Assembly: GCA_964416985.1 (NCBI GenBank)
Contig: CAYQFS010000001.1
Location: forward strand, 83,413 to 147,412
Reading direction: 5' to 3'
DNA: 64,000 nucleotides
From: an uncultured Candidatus Saccharibacteria bacterium
GTDB taxonomy: Bacteria; Patescibacteriota; Minisyncoccia; Phycocordibacterales; PALSA-1337
The notes beneath the pieces are model-generated. The model saw nothing but the letters and a program-made list of their open reading frames with translations. It was not told the DNA's origin and ran no database searches. Within the stretch, counting starts at the first letter, position 1; each line of letters opens with the position of its first letter. Below are positions 36,711-47,006 of the stretch, piece after piece. Made by a program: the position numbers and the translations under genes.

Positions 36711-38954
36711 TTACTCAAAATGCACCTTCTCCGTTTCTTTGCTCTCTGCTCGGCGTTTGACTTCTGGCCATTGTGAAAGCGTCTCGTCCTCGACGATGAG
36801 TGCTTGTGCCTCGGTGCGGGCAGCTTCCACCATTTTTATATTTTGAAGCGCTTCCATTGCAATATCGGAAACACCCCATTGCTTGCCTCCGGAAAGTTCT
36901 CCAGAACCACGAAATTTGAGATCATATTCTGCAAGTTCAAAACCATTTTTTGCAGTTTTGAGAGCAGTGAGACGCTCAACAGTCTTTGGATTCGGAGCGG
37001 ATTTTTGAGAGCCATCTCCGGTGAAAACATAGCAGTACGCCTGATGATTTGAGCGAATGACTCGACCGCGTAGTTGGTGAAGCTGGGCAAGACCAAAACG
37101 TTCGGCTCCCTCAAGAATAATGGATGTAGCATTTGGAACATTTACTCCGACCTCGACAACGGATGTCGCGCAGAGGATGTGAATTTTTCCCGCTTTAAAA
37201 TCGAGCATCACTCTGTCTTTTTCCGCCGGCTTCATTTTGCTATGAAGAATTCCAATTTGATATTCAGGAAAAATATCTTTTGAAAGTCGCTCTGCTTCTT
37301 CTTTGACCGACTTTGCATTGACCGCCGCTTCTTTTTCGGGATCAGGTTCGTTGATACGGGGACAGATCACATAGGCCTGGCGGCCGGCCTCAAGCTCAGT
37401 CCGGATTTTCTCGTAGACGAGATGTCGCTCATCTGGTCGCACGATTTCGGTGATGATTGGTTTTCTTCCATGAGGCATCTGGTCGAGAAGAGTGAGATCG
37501 AGGTCTCCATAAATTGTGAGGGCAAGGGTGCGGGGAATCGGGGTTGCGGTCATTGAGAGAAGGTGAGGAGCGCGCGCCTGGCCAAGCTCGTCCTTGTGGA
37601 CAAGTGAGGCTCGCTGCTTTGTTCCAAAGCGATGTTGCTCGTCAATGATGACGTAGGCAAGATTTTTAAATTTGACCGTTTTCTGAATGAGGGCGTGAGT
37701 TCCGATGAGGATGGGAATCTCTCCGTTTGCAACCCATTTCAATAGTTGAGCTCGAGAAATATCTGCCCAGCCTTTCGGGTTTAATTTTGAAGGAAATTTT
37801 CGGCAACCACTTCCGGTTATGAGTCCAACCTGAATTCCTAGATATGAAAAATACTGAATGAATGACTCAAAATGTTGGGTGGCGAGAATTTCGGTAGGGC
37901 ACATGTAGGCGACCTGGAGATTTCCATATTTTTGTCCCTTTGGTCGTGTTGTTACGACTGTATACGCCGTCGCAGCGGCTACAGCGGTTTTTCCCGAACC
38001 TACATCTCCTTCGAGAAGTCTAGACATTGGTGCATGTTTGGCAAAGTCTCCGGTAATGGTGGAGATAGCTTTGTTCTGGGCCTCTGTGGCGGAAAAAGGG
38101 AAGCGTTTCAAAAATTCCCCAAGGTTTTTTTGGTCTGTTTCAATGACGAAACTTTTGTGTTTCTCGTATGCTTTTTTGGCGAGTTGTTTGCCGAGCTGTA
38201 TGAAGAATACCTCTTCAAACGCAAAACGCTTTCGTGCTGCGAGGGCGTCTTCGAGTTTCATTGGCGCGTGTATCCAAATGAGTGCAGTTTTGAGTCCAGG
38301 CAGGCTGTATTTTTTGAGAATTTCATCGGGAATTGGATCGGTGATTGCATCGAGCATTCCTGTTCTAAAAAACTCCACGATCTTGTGATAGATCCAGTTC
38401 GATGTGATTCCTCGGGATTCGGGATATACAGGATAGAGTGTGTGGGATTCTCCCTCGCTTCCAAAAAGGGACTCTCCGACTCCGAGGGGAAGGCGATTGA
38501 CCACTTCAATTTTCGGATTTGAGAAATATAATTCACCAGTAGATTCTTGAGAGGCGTCTTTCCCTTGGACCTCTCTACTTCGCCTTTGAGAGATTTTTCC
38601 TTCGATTCGCACGAGTGCTCCTTCGGGGGTCATCTTTGCAAGATATGGCTGGTTGAACCAAACACAATGGATCTTTCCACTTTCATCCTCGACCCAGGCA
38701 TCAGCCATGGCGATTTTTGTGCGGAAACCTTTGCTCGTTTTTAATTTTGTAATTTTTCCGAAGACAACAGCTTCTTCGCCTTTTTCAAGAGAAGAAATAT
38801 TTTTGGTTTCGGAAATATCACTATAACGGGAAGGGAAATGATATAGAAGATCCTCGATTGTCAAAATTCCAAGGCGATGAAGAGCTTTTTTTTGGAACTC
38901 ATTCAGTCGCGCGGCAGTTTCGATGTGATCGGAAATGAGGCGGGCGCTCTTCAT
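36711..38954 (-). CDS. recG: ATP-dependent DNA helicase RecG
   Basis: 747 aa with wedge domain, helicase motif I GDVGSGKT, DExH, and the conserved C-terminal domain. Confidence 0.9.
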   Translation of the reverse strand: MKSARLISDHIETAARLNEFQKKALHRLGILTIEDLLYHFPSRYSDISETKNISSLEKGEEAVVFGKITKLKTSKGFRTKIAMADAWVEDESGKIHCVWFNQPYLAKMTPEGALVRIEGKISQRRSREVQGKDASQESTGELYFSNPKIEVVNRLPLGVGESLFGSEGESHTLYPVYPESRGITSNWIYHKIVEFFRTGMLDAITDPIPDEILKKYSLPGLKTALIWIHAPMKLEDALAARKRFAFEEVFFIQLGKQLAKKAYEKHKSFVIETDQKNLGEFLKRFPFSATEAQNKAISTITGDFAKHAPMSRLLEGDVGSGKTAVAAATAYTVVTTRPKGQKYGNLQVAYMCPTEILATQHFESFIQYFSYLGIQVGLITGSGCRKFPSKLNPKGWADISRAQLLKWVANGEIPILIGTHALIQKTVKFKNLAYVIIDEQHRFGTKQRASLVHKDELGQARAPHLLSMTATPIPRTLALTIYGDLDLTLLDQMPHGRKPIITEIVRPDERHLVYEKIRTELEAGRQAYVICPRINEPDPEKEAAVNAKSVKEEAERLSKDIFPEYQIGILHSKMKPAEKDRVMLDFKAGKIHILCATSVVEVGVNVPNATSIILEGAERFGLAQLHQLRGRVIRSNHQAYCYVFTGDGSQKSAPNPKTVERLTALKTAKNGFELAEYDLKFRGSGELSGGKQWGVSDIAMEALQNIKMVEAARTEAQALIVEDETLSQWPEVKRRAESKETEKVHFE

Positions 38955-38961
38955 GAAGGGA

Positions 38962-39132
38962 TTATTCGAGTTCGATGGTCGTCGATGCGCTTATGTCGAT
39001 AGTTCGCTCCTCTTGCACTGTAGCGGCTGAGTTTGTCGGGGCAACTGCCTTCTTTGGGCCGGTGTAAAAGGCAAAGTAGATAATGAGTCCGATAATAAGT
39101 ATCCCGATAAATGTAATTGTCATTTTTGCTGC
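38962..39132 (-). CDS. small membrane protein (1 TM)
   Basis: Shortened to start at MAAKMTITFIGILIIGLIIYFAF... to avoid overlap with the upstream glycosylase gene. Confidence 0.35.
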   Translation of the reverse strand, partial: AAKMTITFIGILIIGLIIYFAFYTGPKKAVAPTNSAATVQEERTIDISASTTIELE

Positions 39133-39157
39133 CATATGAATATTCTTTAGGATTGTA

Positions 39158-39976
39158 TTATAGCACAGCGGTTTTAATGCAATACAATCCTTTTTTTGCT
39201 GCAATGAAACCCTCTTTCTCAAGGTTTTTTATATTTTTGAGAATATTTTGTGGTTTTTGATGCGAGAATTTTTTGACAATATCTTGAGCAGCAAGAGATT
39301 CATTGATAATGGCTTTCAGAATATGCGAACGAAGCTCGCGATTTGATCCTTTAAACGCACTTTGTTTTCCGTGATGAGAACTTTTTCGTGAAGGATTTAT
39401 TTCTGTTCGTTTCAGCATTGCCCCGTAATCCATGAGAGCATAGTGCCATTCGCGAGGATTCTTCAAATCGAGGTTTTCTTCGATAAGTGGCAGCAGTTTT
39501 TTGTCATGAACTTTTCCTCGGTGACTTGCAAAAAAGAAATGGATAAAGACTGTTCGAATGTTCGTTTCGATAAAAGGGTGGGGAATATTGAAGGCAAAGG
39601 CAAGAACAGAACCGGCAGTGTTTGGGCCGATTCCAGGAAGATCAAGCAACTCTGTATACGTTTGAGGCAGTTTCCCTTTATATTTTGAAACCACCTCTTG
39701 TGCCAGTCTGTGGAGATTCAAAGCTCTGCGATTGTATCCGAGTCCTTGCCACTCCTTGAGAACATGAGTGAGGGGCGCTCGTGCCAGCTTTTCGAAACTC
39801 GGAAATGTATTGAGAAATGAATCAAACTTTTTTGTTACGCGACTTGCCTGGGTTTGCTGGAGCATTATTTCTGATACAACGATGCGGTATGGAGTCAAAT
39901 TTCTTCTCCAAGGCATGTCACGCCCAGCTTTTTTGTAATAGTCCCAGATTATTTTTCTGAATTTCTTGTTATTCAT
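39158..39976 (-). CDS. HhH-GPD family DNA glycosylase (MutY/endonuclease III-like) with C-terminal winged-helix domain; no Fe-S Cys cluster
   Basis: LLDLPGIGPNTAGSVLAFAF (HhH-GPD loop) and QTQASRV. The C-terminal ~70 aa are wHTH-like. The C-x6-C-x2-C-x5-C motif is absent. Confidence 0.7.
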   Translation of the reverse strand: MNNKKFRKIIWDYYKKAGRDMPWRRNLTPYRIVVSEIMLQQTQASRVTKKFDSFLNTFPSFEKLARAPLTHVLKEWQGLGYNRRALNLHRLAQEVVSKYKGKLPQTYTELLDLPGIGPNTAGSVLAFAFNIPHPFIETNIRTVFIHFFFASHRGKVHDKKLLPLIEENLDLKNPREWHYALMDYGAMLKRTEINPSRKSSHHGKQSAFKGSNRELRSHILKAIINESLAAQDIVKKFSHQKPQNILKNIKNLEKEGFIAAKKGLYCIKTAVL

Positions 39977-40634
39977 TCACCTCACGAGCGGAGATTTCGG
40001 CAGTTACAATGAATTCATCATCAACACTTGCGACAAAAGGAACATTTGGAATGACAAGCTTGAAGTCGCTTCTTTTTATCTTTGTCGTTGCAATTCCTGA
40101 GATTCCATTTTCATCAACCTTCATGTTGACTGAAAAGATTGCCGGCTGTGTTACGCCTGAAATAGTGAGATCTCCCATGACGCTGAAGGCGAGAGTGGAG
40201 CTTGCTACGAGGGCGGGAAGGCCTGTTACCGGAGCTGATTTGAAATACATGAATTCATTTGCTGGATCTTCTGCTCGAAGGATAGCACGACTGATTGCTC
40301 CGTCACGCTGCTTGCTGTCTGTTTTGAAAGTCTTTGCATTGATTGCAAGGGTTCCTACGGTAATAGTTCCCGACGCTACTCGAATATCTCCCGCGATCTC
40401 GCTTGTTGTTCCGACTGCTGTGAACGGCTTCCCATTTAACACTTCTTTGATGCTAAATTGAACCTTTGAATTTTCAGATGAAATTCGATAGAGCTTTTCG
40501 CTCGATGTTGCGGTAAGTGTGTCTGTTGCAGTATTAATATCCCGACTCGGAGCGCTCGGTGCTCTGGTTATATAGAGATATGCGAGGGCGGCGATGACTA
40601 CGATCACGACGATGATTTGTATTGCTTTTTTCAT
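39969..40634 (-). CDS. YceI-like periplasmic/lipid-binding protein
   Basis: N-terminal TM/signal; beta-barrel-like sequence with a D..RD motif (TDSKQRDGAI) typical of the YceI family. Confidence 0.5.
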   Translation of the reverse strand: MKKAIQIIVVIVVIAALAYLYITRAPSAPSRDINTATDTLTATSSEKLYRISSENSKVQFSIKEVLNGKPFTAVGTTSEIAGDIRVASGTITVGTLAINAKTFKTDSKQRDGAISRAILRAEDPANEFMYFKSAPVTGLPALVASSTLAFSVMGDLTISGVTQPAIFSVNMKVDENGISGIATTKIKRSDFKLVIPNVPFVASVDDEFIVTAEISAREVNE

Positions 40635-40725
40635 ATGAGTGTATTGTATATGAAGATTCTTTTGATTAAAAGTCGCTTTTGTGTCAGAATGTCAAAACCC
40701 ATTACAAGCTACGCGGGCTTGAATT

Positions 40726-40812
40726 GGAACCGTGGTGGAGTGGTCTAACATACCTCTTTGCTAAAGAGGCAGGGGCGAAAGCTCCTCGAGGGTTCGAATC
40801 CCTCCGGTTCCG
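40726..40812 (+). tRNA. tRNA-Ser (anticodon GCU), type II with long variable arm
   Basis: Acceptor GGAACCG/CGGTTCC; anticodon stem CCTCT/AGAGG with loop TT-GCT-AA; long variable arm; T-arm GAGGG-TTCGAAT-CCCTC; discriminator G. Confidence 0.8.
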
Positions 40813-40846
40813 CAACGAGAACCTGTTATCGGCATGACCTGAGTGT

Positions 40847-41485
40847 CTAAGAAATCTTCTTAAATACCAAATCGCCCGAGATTCTGTCTTTCGTGTGAGG
40901 TCGTTTCCACAGGAAGACATTTTGGGTGACTTCGGTAGGATTTTGAATTACCGAGGCCGGGTGATTGTAAATATTGATTCCTCGTTCTTTCATTATCTCG
41001 ATTATTCTTGGTTCAAATTGCTCTAACGATACGAAAAAACTTTCTCGTGCCACTCTCTCAAATTCCTTTGCTAATTTTTCCCAATCCCTAATGAAGTAAA
41101 GGGAGCTAAGTGCTGTGATGTGGTCTATAGATTTATCGCCGAAAGTTTCAATGACATCCTCAACCGCTCCAATATGTCCCTCAAAGCCTCGCTTTTTTGC
41201 TTCCTCAATCATGGTAGGAGAAATATCGATTCCCTTGTATATAAATGAGCCACCTAAATATTCCTTGAGCTTTCCCGTACCACAACCAATATCGAGCAAG
41301 GTTCCTTTGGTTATTCCATATTTTTGATATGTTTCTAGTAGAATCCTTGGGATCTGATATTCGGCTTTTCCTTCAAAAGATTCGTCGTAGACTGGTGCAG
41401 CCTGGTCATACAAAAGAGCCACATTTCTCCTTTGTATTTCAAGTTCAGTTTTTTCCTGACTCGGGAGTATTTCTTCCATATTCAT
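40847..41485 (-). CDS. class I SAM-dependent methyltransferase
   Basis: Motif I LLDIGCGTGKL, with an acidic residue after beta2 (KGIDISP). Confidence 0.7.
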   Translation of the reverse strand: MNMEEILPSQEKTELEIQRRNVALLYDQAAPVYDESFEGKAEYQIPRILLETYQKYGITKGTLLDIGCGTGKLKEYLGGSFIYKGIDISPTMIEEAKKRGFEGHIGAVEDVIETFGDKSIDHITALSSLYFIRDWEKLAKEFERVARESFFVSLEQFEPRIIEIMKERGINIYNHPASVIQNPTEVTQNVFLWKRPHTKDRISGDLVFKKIS

Positions 41486-41627
41486 TAGATTATCGCTAAA
41501 GGCGAAATTAGGCTAGTGACCAACATACTTTATTTCAACTCATGAAATAGCGCTAAAATATTCTTATGGTTTCTTATGCCTCCGGTACTTAACCCATATG
41601 GCCCACAGCATTTGATTTAAGTTACCC

Positions 41628-42038
41628 TCACTTCTCTATCGTATCCTTCTTCTGCGCCAGTGCACTGATTTCTTTTTTCAAATCAAGAATCTCTTGTCGA
41701 ATATGCTTAAGCGTAACCTCCTCTTCCTTAACGAGAGTCTTTGTGGCTTCTTCTACTTTTTTCTCATGACGAATTCCTGAAAGAATAATATGATCTCCGA
41801 TAAAGATCGAAACCATGAGCCCAATGAGCATGAGACCAAGGATGGAAATAATGATCTGAGCAGGAGGGTAAAAGAAAATCTCGAAGAAACGGTTTGTGTG
41901 CGAAAGAATTTCTGCAGTTTCCCAAACACCTCTCCAGAAGAGAACGATGCCGGTTCCACCGATGATGGAGTAGGGAATAGGGTAACGGGAGAGATGACCA
42001 CGAACATTGTCTTCGAGCTTGTCAAAAAAGTTGAACAT
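41628..42038 (-). CDS. hypothetical membrane protein with C-terminal coiled coil
   Basis: 136 aa, 2 TM helices, then EEVTLKHIRQEILDLKKEISALAQKKD. Confidence 0.45.
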   Translation of the reverse strand: MFNFFDKLEDNVRGHLSRYPIPYSIIGGTGIVLFWRGVWETAEILSHTNRFFEIFFYPPAQIIISILGLMLIGLMVSIFIGDHIILSGIRHEKKVEEATKTLVKEEEVTLKHIRQEILDLKKEISALAQKKDTIEK

Positions 42039-42108
42039 GATAATGACAAGTATACCGCACTATGCTACATTGTAGTCAAGTAGTTTATCAACTATGAAAC
42101 TTTAATTT

Positions 42109-42420
42109 TTGATGAAAAAGTCACCACTTCCAAAAGAGGCATATCAAAAAAACGCCCTTATATACAAGATTCTCGCCAACTCAAAAAGATTGGAAATTTT
42201 GAATATTTTGAAAGTATCTGAGACTTCTGTAGAGGATCTTCTTTCAATTACAAAGCTTCCAAAGGCAAATCTCTCACAACACCTTGCACTCATGAGACAC
42301 AATGGCCTCGTAGTAGCGCGAAGGGAAGGGCTCAATCTTTTTTATACAATAGTTGATCCAAGAATTGTCGAGCCGTGCAAGATTCTTCACGGACTTCGCC
42401 ACCGCCACATGGTCGTCTAG
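42109..42420 (+). CDS. ArsR/SmtB family transcriptional regulator
   Basis: 103 aa wHTH (ILANSKRLEILNIL...VEDLLSITKLPKANLSQHLALMRHNGLV). Confidence 0.75.
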   Translation: MMKKSPLPKEAYQKNALIYKILANSKRLEILNILKVSETSVEDLLSITKLPKANLSQHLALMRHNGLVVARREGLNLFYTIVDPRIVEPCKILHGLRHRHMVV

Positions 42421-42498
42421 CATTCCATTTTTTCAGTTTTTGTGTCTTGATGAATAAATCGCGATCTTTTCCACAATTTTTTGCTATATATTTAATTT

Positions 42499-42532
42499 CG
42501 TTATTGCGAAATAACGAAACAAAAACTATAAT
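42499..42532 (+). promoter_or_regulatory. nrdD promoter with overlapping 7-4-7 palindromic operator (CGTTATT-gcga-AATAACG)
   Basis: Perfect inverted repeat at 42499-42516 overlapping -35-like TTGCGA (42505-42510). 16-nt spacer. Consensus TATAAT at 42527-42532, 9 nt before ATG 42541. Confidence 0.5.
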
Positions 42533-42540
42533 GGGAACCT

Positions 42541-44688
42541 ATGCCAAAAAAAATTATAAAAAGGAACGGTGTCCAGGAAGATTTTAATAGTACAAAAATT
42601 GCCGCAGCCATTGCCAAAGCAGGAAAGGCCACGGGAGAGCTTACTGAAAAGGAAGCCAAGGTCATTACAAAGCAGATCGTGGACATTCTTGATAAAGAAT
42701 CGCGGGAAAAGATTCCCACGGTCGAGAATGTCCAGGATATTGTCGAGAGAGTGCTCATGCGATCGAGATTCAAGCTCACAGCCAAGGCCTACATCCTTTA
42801 TCGAGAACAGCACGCGGAACTTCGGGCATTTGCGACGGCCCGTTCTCTTGATCTTGTCGACAGTTACCTCGACCGGCTTGACTGGCAGGTTAAGGAGAAC
42901 AGCAACATGGGCTACTCGCTCCAAGGTCTGAACAACTATATTTTTTCAGAAGTAAGTAAGACCTACTGGCTCAACAAAATCTATCCTCATGAGATCCGCG
43001 AGGCATATGAAAAGGGGGATCTTCATATTCATGACCTTGGAACCATTTCTATTTATTGTGTTGGATGGGATCTCATGGATCTACTTCTCGAGGGATTTAA
43101 GGGAGTTTCGGACAAAATTGAATCGGCTCCTCCAAAGCATCTTCGCACAGCACTCGGTCAGGTTGTGAACTTCATGTACACCCTCCAGGGAGAGGCTGCG
43201 GGTGCAATTGCTTTCTCGAACTTCGATACACTTCTCGCTCCGTTCATTCGTTATGACAAACTTTCCTTTGCCGAGGTCAAGCAATGCCTTCAGGAATTTA
43301 TTTTTAACATGAATGTTCCGACTCGTGTCGGTTTTCAGACTCCATTCTCAAATATAACTCTTGACCTTACACCGTCACCAAACTTCAAGAAGCAGGGTGT
43401 CGTTATCGGTGGGAAAATCATGAAAGAAAAATACTCTGAATTCCAGGAGGAAATGAATACCTTGAACAGAGCACTTTTTGAGGTAATGGGAGAAGGGGAT
43501 GCGGCAGGAAGAGTCTTCACCTTTCCGATCCCCACAGTTAATGTCACAAAGGATTTTGAATGGAACAATCCAAATCTCGCAGGGCTTTGGGAAATAACGG
43601 CTAAGTATGGCGTTCCGTATTTCAGCAATTTTGTAAATTCCGACATGAAACCGGAAGATACTCGCTCAATGTGCTGCAGACTTCGCCTCGACCTCGAGGA
43701 GCTCGACCGAAGAGGGGGAGGACTTTTTGGGGCAAATGCTCTCACAGGTTCTGTCGGTGTGGTGACCATGAATCTTCCTCGTTTTGCATATCTTGCTTCA
43801 AAACAGAAGGGTGCACGTGCGGAAAAAGCTTTCTTTGACATGCTTGCTCAAAAAATGGACATTGCAAAAGAAAGTCTCGAAATTAAACGAAAGATGCTCG
43901 AAAAACTAACTGATGCAAATCTCTATCCTTATACAAAATTCTATCTAAGAAAAATAAAAGCCGGCTTCGGGGAATATTGGAGGAATCATTTCTCGACGAT
44001 CGGGCTTGTAGGAATGAATGAGGCCTGCCTCAATCTTATCGGAAAAGATATTGGGACGGCTGAGGGAGCAGCTTTTGCAGGTAGGGTCCTCGACTACATG
44101 AGAAATCGACTCATTGGCTACCAAAAAGAGACGGGAAATTTGTTTAATCTTGAGGCAACTCCGGCAGAGGGAACTGCGTACCGCCTTGCTCTCCGTGACA
44201 AAAAACTTTACCCAGAAATTATCGTTGCAAATGAAGAGGAATTCAAAAAGGGTGCGCAGCCATTCTACACAAATTCCTCACATCTCCCGGTGTATTATAC
44301 GGATGATATTGTGGAGACCCTCGATATTCAAGACAAACTTCAGACAAAATATACAGGAGGAACTGTCATCCATCTTTTCCTAGGTGAAAGAATCCGCGAT
44401 GCAGCAGCTATCCCGGCTCTCGTAAAAAAGATTTGCGAGAGATATCATCTTCCGTATTTTACTATTACTCCGACATTCAGCGTCTGCCGTTCTCATGGGT
44501 ATCTCGCCGGCGAGCACACCCTGTGTCCGTCATGCAGCGCAGAGTGTGAAGTGTATTCGCGCATTGTTGGGTATTTGCGGCCAGTCAGTCAGTGGAATGA
44601 GGGTAAACAGGCAGAGTATGAACTAAGAAAGGAATATGAGCCGGCGATAAAGGTCGGAAGGAGTATAAAAACATCGACAACAGCGTGA
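42541..44688 (+). CDS. nrdD: anaerobic ribonucleoside-triphosphate reductase (class III RNR)
   Basis: 715 aa. N-terminal ATP-cone (KIIKRNGVQEDFNSTKI). C-terminal Cys4 zinc ribbon (CPSC...C) and glycyl-radical loop RIVGYLRPV. Confidence 0.9.
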   Translation: MPKKIIKRNGVQEDFNSTKIAAAIAKAGKATGELTEKEAKVITKQIVDILDKESREKIPTVENVQDIVERVLMRSRFKLTAKAYILYREQHAELRAFATARSLDLVDSYLDRLDWQVKENSNMGYSLQGLNNYIFSEVSKTYWLNKIYPHEIREAYEKGDLHIHDLGTISIYCVGWDLMDLLLEGFKGVSDKIESAPPKHLRTALGQVVNFMYTLQGEAAGAIAFSNFDTLLAPFIRYDKLSFAEVKQCLQEFIFNMNVPTRVGFQTPFSNITLDLTPSPNFKKQGVVIGGKIMKEKYSEFQEEMNTLNRALFEVMGEGDAAGRVFTFPIPTVNVTKDFEWNNPNLAGLWEITAKYGVPYFSNFVNSDMKPEDTRSMCCRLRLDLEELDRRGGGLFGANALTGSVGVVTMNLPRFAYLASKQKGARAEKAFFDMLAQKMDIAKESLEIKRKMLEKLTDANLYPYTKFYLRKIKAGFGEYWRNHFSTIGLVGMNEACLNLIGKDIGTAEGAAFAGRVLDYMRNRLIGYQKETGNLFNLEATPAEGTAYRLALRDKKLYPEIIVANEEEFKKGAQPFYTNSSHLPVYYTDDIVETLDIQDKLQTKYTGGTVIHLFLGERIRDAAAIPALVKKICERYHLPYFTITPTFSVCRSHGYLAGEHTLCPSCSAECEVYSRIVGYLRPVSQWNEGKQAEYELRKEYEPAIKVGRSIKTSTTA

Positions 44689-45371
44689 TCTTTGGAGGAT
44701 TTGAAAAGTTTACGCTTATAGACTACCCCGGAAAAATTTCGTCCGTGGTTTATACAATAGGATGTAACTTTCAATGCCCATATTGCCACAATCCTGAACT
44801 TGTAAATGAGACAGTCGAAAAAAGATTTAAGGAAAAGGAGATTCTGGAATTTTTGGAACACAGAAAAGGGATGATTGATGCACTCGTCATTACAGGAGGA
44901 GAGCCAACTATGCACGATGAACTTCTCGCGTTTATGGAGAAGGTTAAATGGCTCGGGATTCTTGTTAAACTCGATTCAAATGGAACAAGACCTGACATTT
45001 TGAAAAAGGCGGTGGAGAGAAAAATTGTCGACTACATTGCAATGGACATAAAATCTCCCTTATCAAAATATAGCGCTATTGTGGCGAGGCCGGTCGATAT
45101 CGATGCTGTCAAAGAGAGCATCACATTTCTCCTCGAATCAAAGGTCGAGTACGAATTCCGCACTACTGTTGTCAAAGCACTTCTTTCTCCGGCCGATATT
45201 GAACAAATGGGAAAAGAAATCCGGGGAGCAAAGAGATACTATCTCCAAAAATTCATTCCAACAAAAATACTCAATCCTCAATTTAAGAAAAAAGTGTGCT
45301 ACACAGATGCTGAAATGAAAAGTTTTAGAACCAAAATATTGAAATATGTCGACCACTGCGAAATTAGGTAA
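44685..45371 (+). CDS. nrdG: anaerobic RNR activating enzyme (radical SAM)
   Basis: CNFQCPYCHN radical-SAM CxxxCxxC. Overlaps the nrdD stop (ATGA). Confidence 0.9.
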   Translation: MIFGGFEKFTLIDYPGKISSVVYTIGCNFQCPYCHNPELVNETVEKRFKEKEILEFLEHRKGMIDALVITGGEPTMHDELLAFMEKVKWLGILVKLDSNGTRPDILKKAVERKIVDYIAMDIKSPLSKYSAIVARPVDIDAVKESITFLLESKVEYEFRTTVVKALLSPADIEQMGKEIRGAKRYYLQKFIPTKILNPQFKKKVCYTDAEMKSFRTKILKYVDHCEIR

Positions 45372-46566
45372 GAAAATATATCTCGATCACGCTTCTGCGA
45401 CAGCTATTGATCCGGAAGTTCTCAAAAAAATGCTGCCGTACTTTTCACCCGTCTACGGAAACCCGTCATCGATGCATACGAGTGGAAGACGAGCTGGCCA
45501 GGCACTCAGAAGGGCCAGAGCAGATGTTGCATCCGTCATCAATTCGCTTCCTTCAGAGGTTATTTTTACTAGTTCAGGAACAGAATCTGACAATCTGGCT
45601 CTCATCGGAACCGCAAGGGCGTATAGGTCGCAGGGAAATCACATCGTCATCTCTTCAATTGAGCACAAAGCTGTAATTGAGGCAGCGGAATTACTCAAGA
45701 AAGATGGATTTTATGTGAGTGTTGTTCCTGTTCTACATGACGGTCTCGTCGACATTGCCCAGTGTGTGAGCCTTGTCAATGAAAAGACAATTCTTGTCTC
45801 AGTCATGTATGCAAATAATGAGATTGGAACGATTGAACCAATAAAAGAAATTGCTGCCGCACTCAAAAATTTCCGAGGATCGCGTCCATTTCCTCTCTTT
45901 CATACTGATGCTTGCCAGGCAGCAGGTGCACTTTCTCTTGATGTTCGTGAACTCGGGGTTGACCTCATGACTCTCAATGGAGCAAAAATATATGGGCCAA
46001 AAGGAACTGGGATTCTTTATAAAAGATCCGGAGTGAGGATTGATCCCTTGATTGTAGGGGGTGAACAGGAAATGAATCTTCGTGGAGGGACAGAAAATCT
46101 TCCACTCATTATTGGTTTTGCCGAAGCCTTGAAAAAAGTTGATACAAAAAGAACGAGTGAATCAGCACGACTAACAATCTTGCGCGATTACTTTATCAAA
46201 CGACTTTTTCATGAAGTTCCAGGGGCGATTTTGAACGGTCACCCAAGAGAACGGCTCCCTGGAAATATTCATATTTCCATCCCTCATGTCGAAGGGGAAT
46301 CGATGCTCCTTATGCTCGACACCTACGGCATCGAAGTCTCGACTGGTTCGGCGTGTTCCGCTCTCGATCTCAAACCTTCACATGTACTTCTTGCTATTGG
46401 GCAAAGTTCTGAATTTGCGCATGGGAGTATTAGATTTTCACTTGGAAGAGAGACGACAAAAAGAGAGATAGAGGATGTCATGAAAGTATTTCCAGGTATT
46501 GTTGAGAACTTGAGAGGGATTTCCGCCCTAACTTCGTGTGCCATGAATATTCCAGCAAATATATGA
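45346..46566 (+). CDS. iscS: cysteine desulfurase (IscS/NifS family)
   Basis: 406 aa, class V aminotransferase. PLP-Lys region and the conserved SGSACS active-site Cys loop. Confidence 0.9.
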   Translation: MSTTAKLGKKIYLDHASATAIDPEVLKKMLPYFSPVYGNPSSMHTSGRRAGQALRRARADVASVINSLPSEVIFTSSGTESDNLALIGTARAYRSQGNHIVISSIEHKAVIEAAELLKKDGFYVSVVPVLHDGLVDIAQCVSLVNEKTILVSVMYANNEIGTIEPIKEIAAALKNFRGSRPFPLFHTDACQAAGALSLDVRELGVDLMTLNGAKIYGPKGTGILYKRSGVRIDPLIVGGEQEMNLRGGTENLPLIIGFAEALKKVDTKRTSESARLTILRDYFIKRLFHEVPGAILNGHPRERLPGNIHISIPHVEGESMLLMLDTYGIEVSTGSACSALDLKPSHVLLAIGQSSEFAHGSIRFSLGRETTKREIEDVMKVFPGIVENLRGISALTSCAMNIPANI

Positions 46567-47006
46567 AGAAAAAAACATCACAAAAAAATCTTGCTCTCTG
46601 CGACGGAATTGATTGGCTCTATAGCGATGTAGTAAAAGACCATTTTTTTAATCCAAGGAATATTCTTCTCGATGATCTTTCGTATGAAGCCCATGGAGTC
46701 GGTGTTGTCGGAAGTCCAGCCTGTGGAGATATGATGGCAATCTGGGTAAAGATTTCTTCTGACAAGCGAATTATGGAGTGTAAATGGAGGACATTTGGAT
46801 GCGCTTCTGCCATTGCATCGACCTCCATGCTCTCTGTAATGGCCACAGAAAAAGGTGGGATGACACTTGCTCGTGCAAAAAGAATTACTCCTGAATCAAT
46901 CATTGAAAGACTCGGAGGACTTCCTGATAGAAAGTATCACTGCTCAGTTCTCGGACACCTCGCCCTTAGAGAAGCAATTAAAGACTATGAAACAAACGGA
47001 AAATAA
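46563..47006 (+). CDS. iscU: Fe-S cluster scaffold protein (IscU/NifU N-terminal type)
   Basis: GSPACGDMMAIWVKI..., KWRTFGCASAIASTS, three conserved Cys. Start chosen at the ATGA overlap with the iscS stop (ORF track gives 46536). Confidence 0.8.
   Translation: MKKKTSQKNLALCDGIDWLYSDVVKDHFFNPRNILLDDLSYEAHGVGVVGSPACGDMMAIWVKISSDKRIMECKWRTFGCASAIASTSMLSVMATEKGGMTLARAKRITPESIIERLGGLPDRKYHCSVLGHLALREAIKDYETNGK

Noticed and set aside
41790-42083. 97-aa + strand ORF overlapping the 3' half of the minus-strand membrane protein gene
   Set aside because: It is antisense to a hydrophobic membrane protein ORF with good coding character and has no RBS.
46867-46986. Upstream extension of the FNR-like oxidoreductase ORF (ORF-track start 46867)
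   Set aside because: It would overlap iscU by 140 nt in another frame. An internal ATG at 46987 sits at the iscU stop and gives the typical coupled arrangement.
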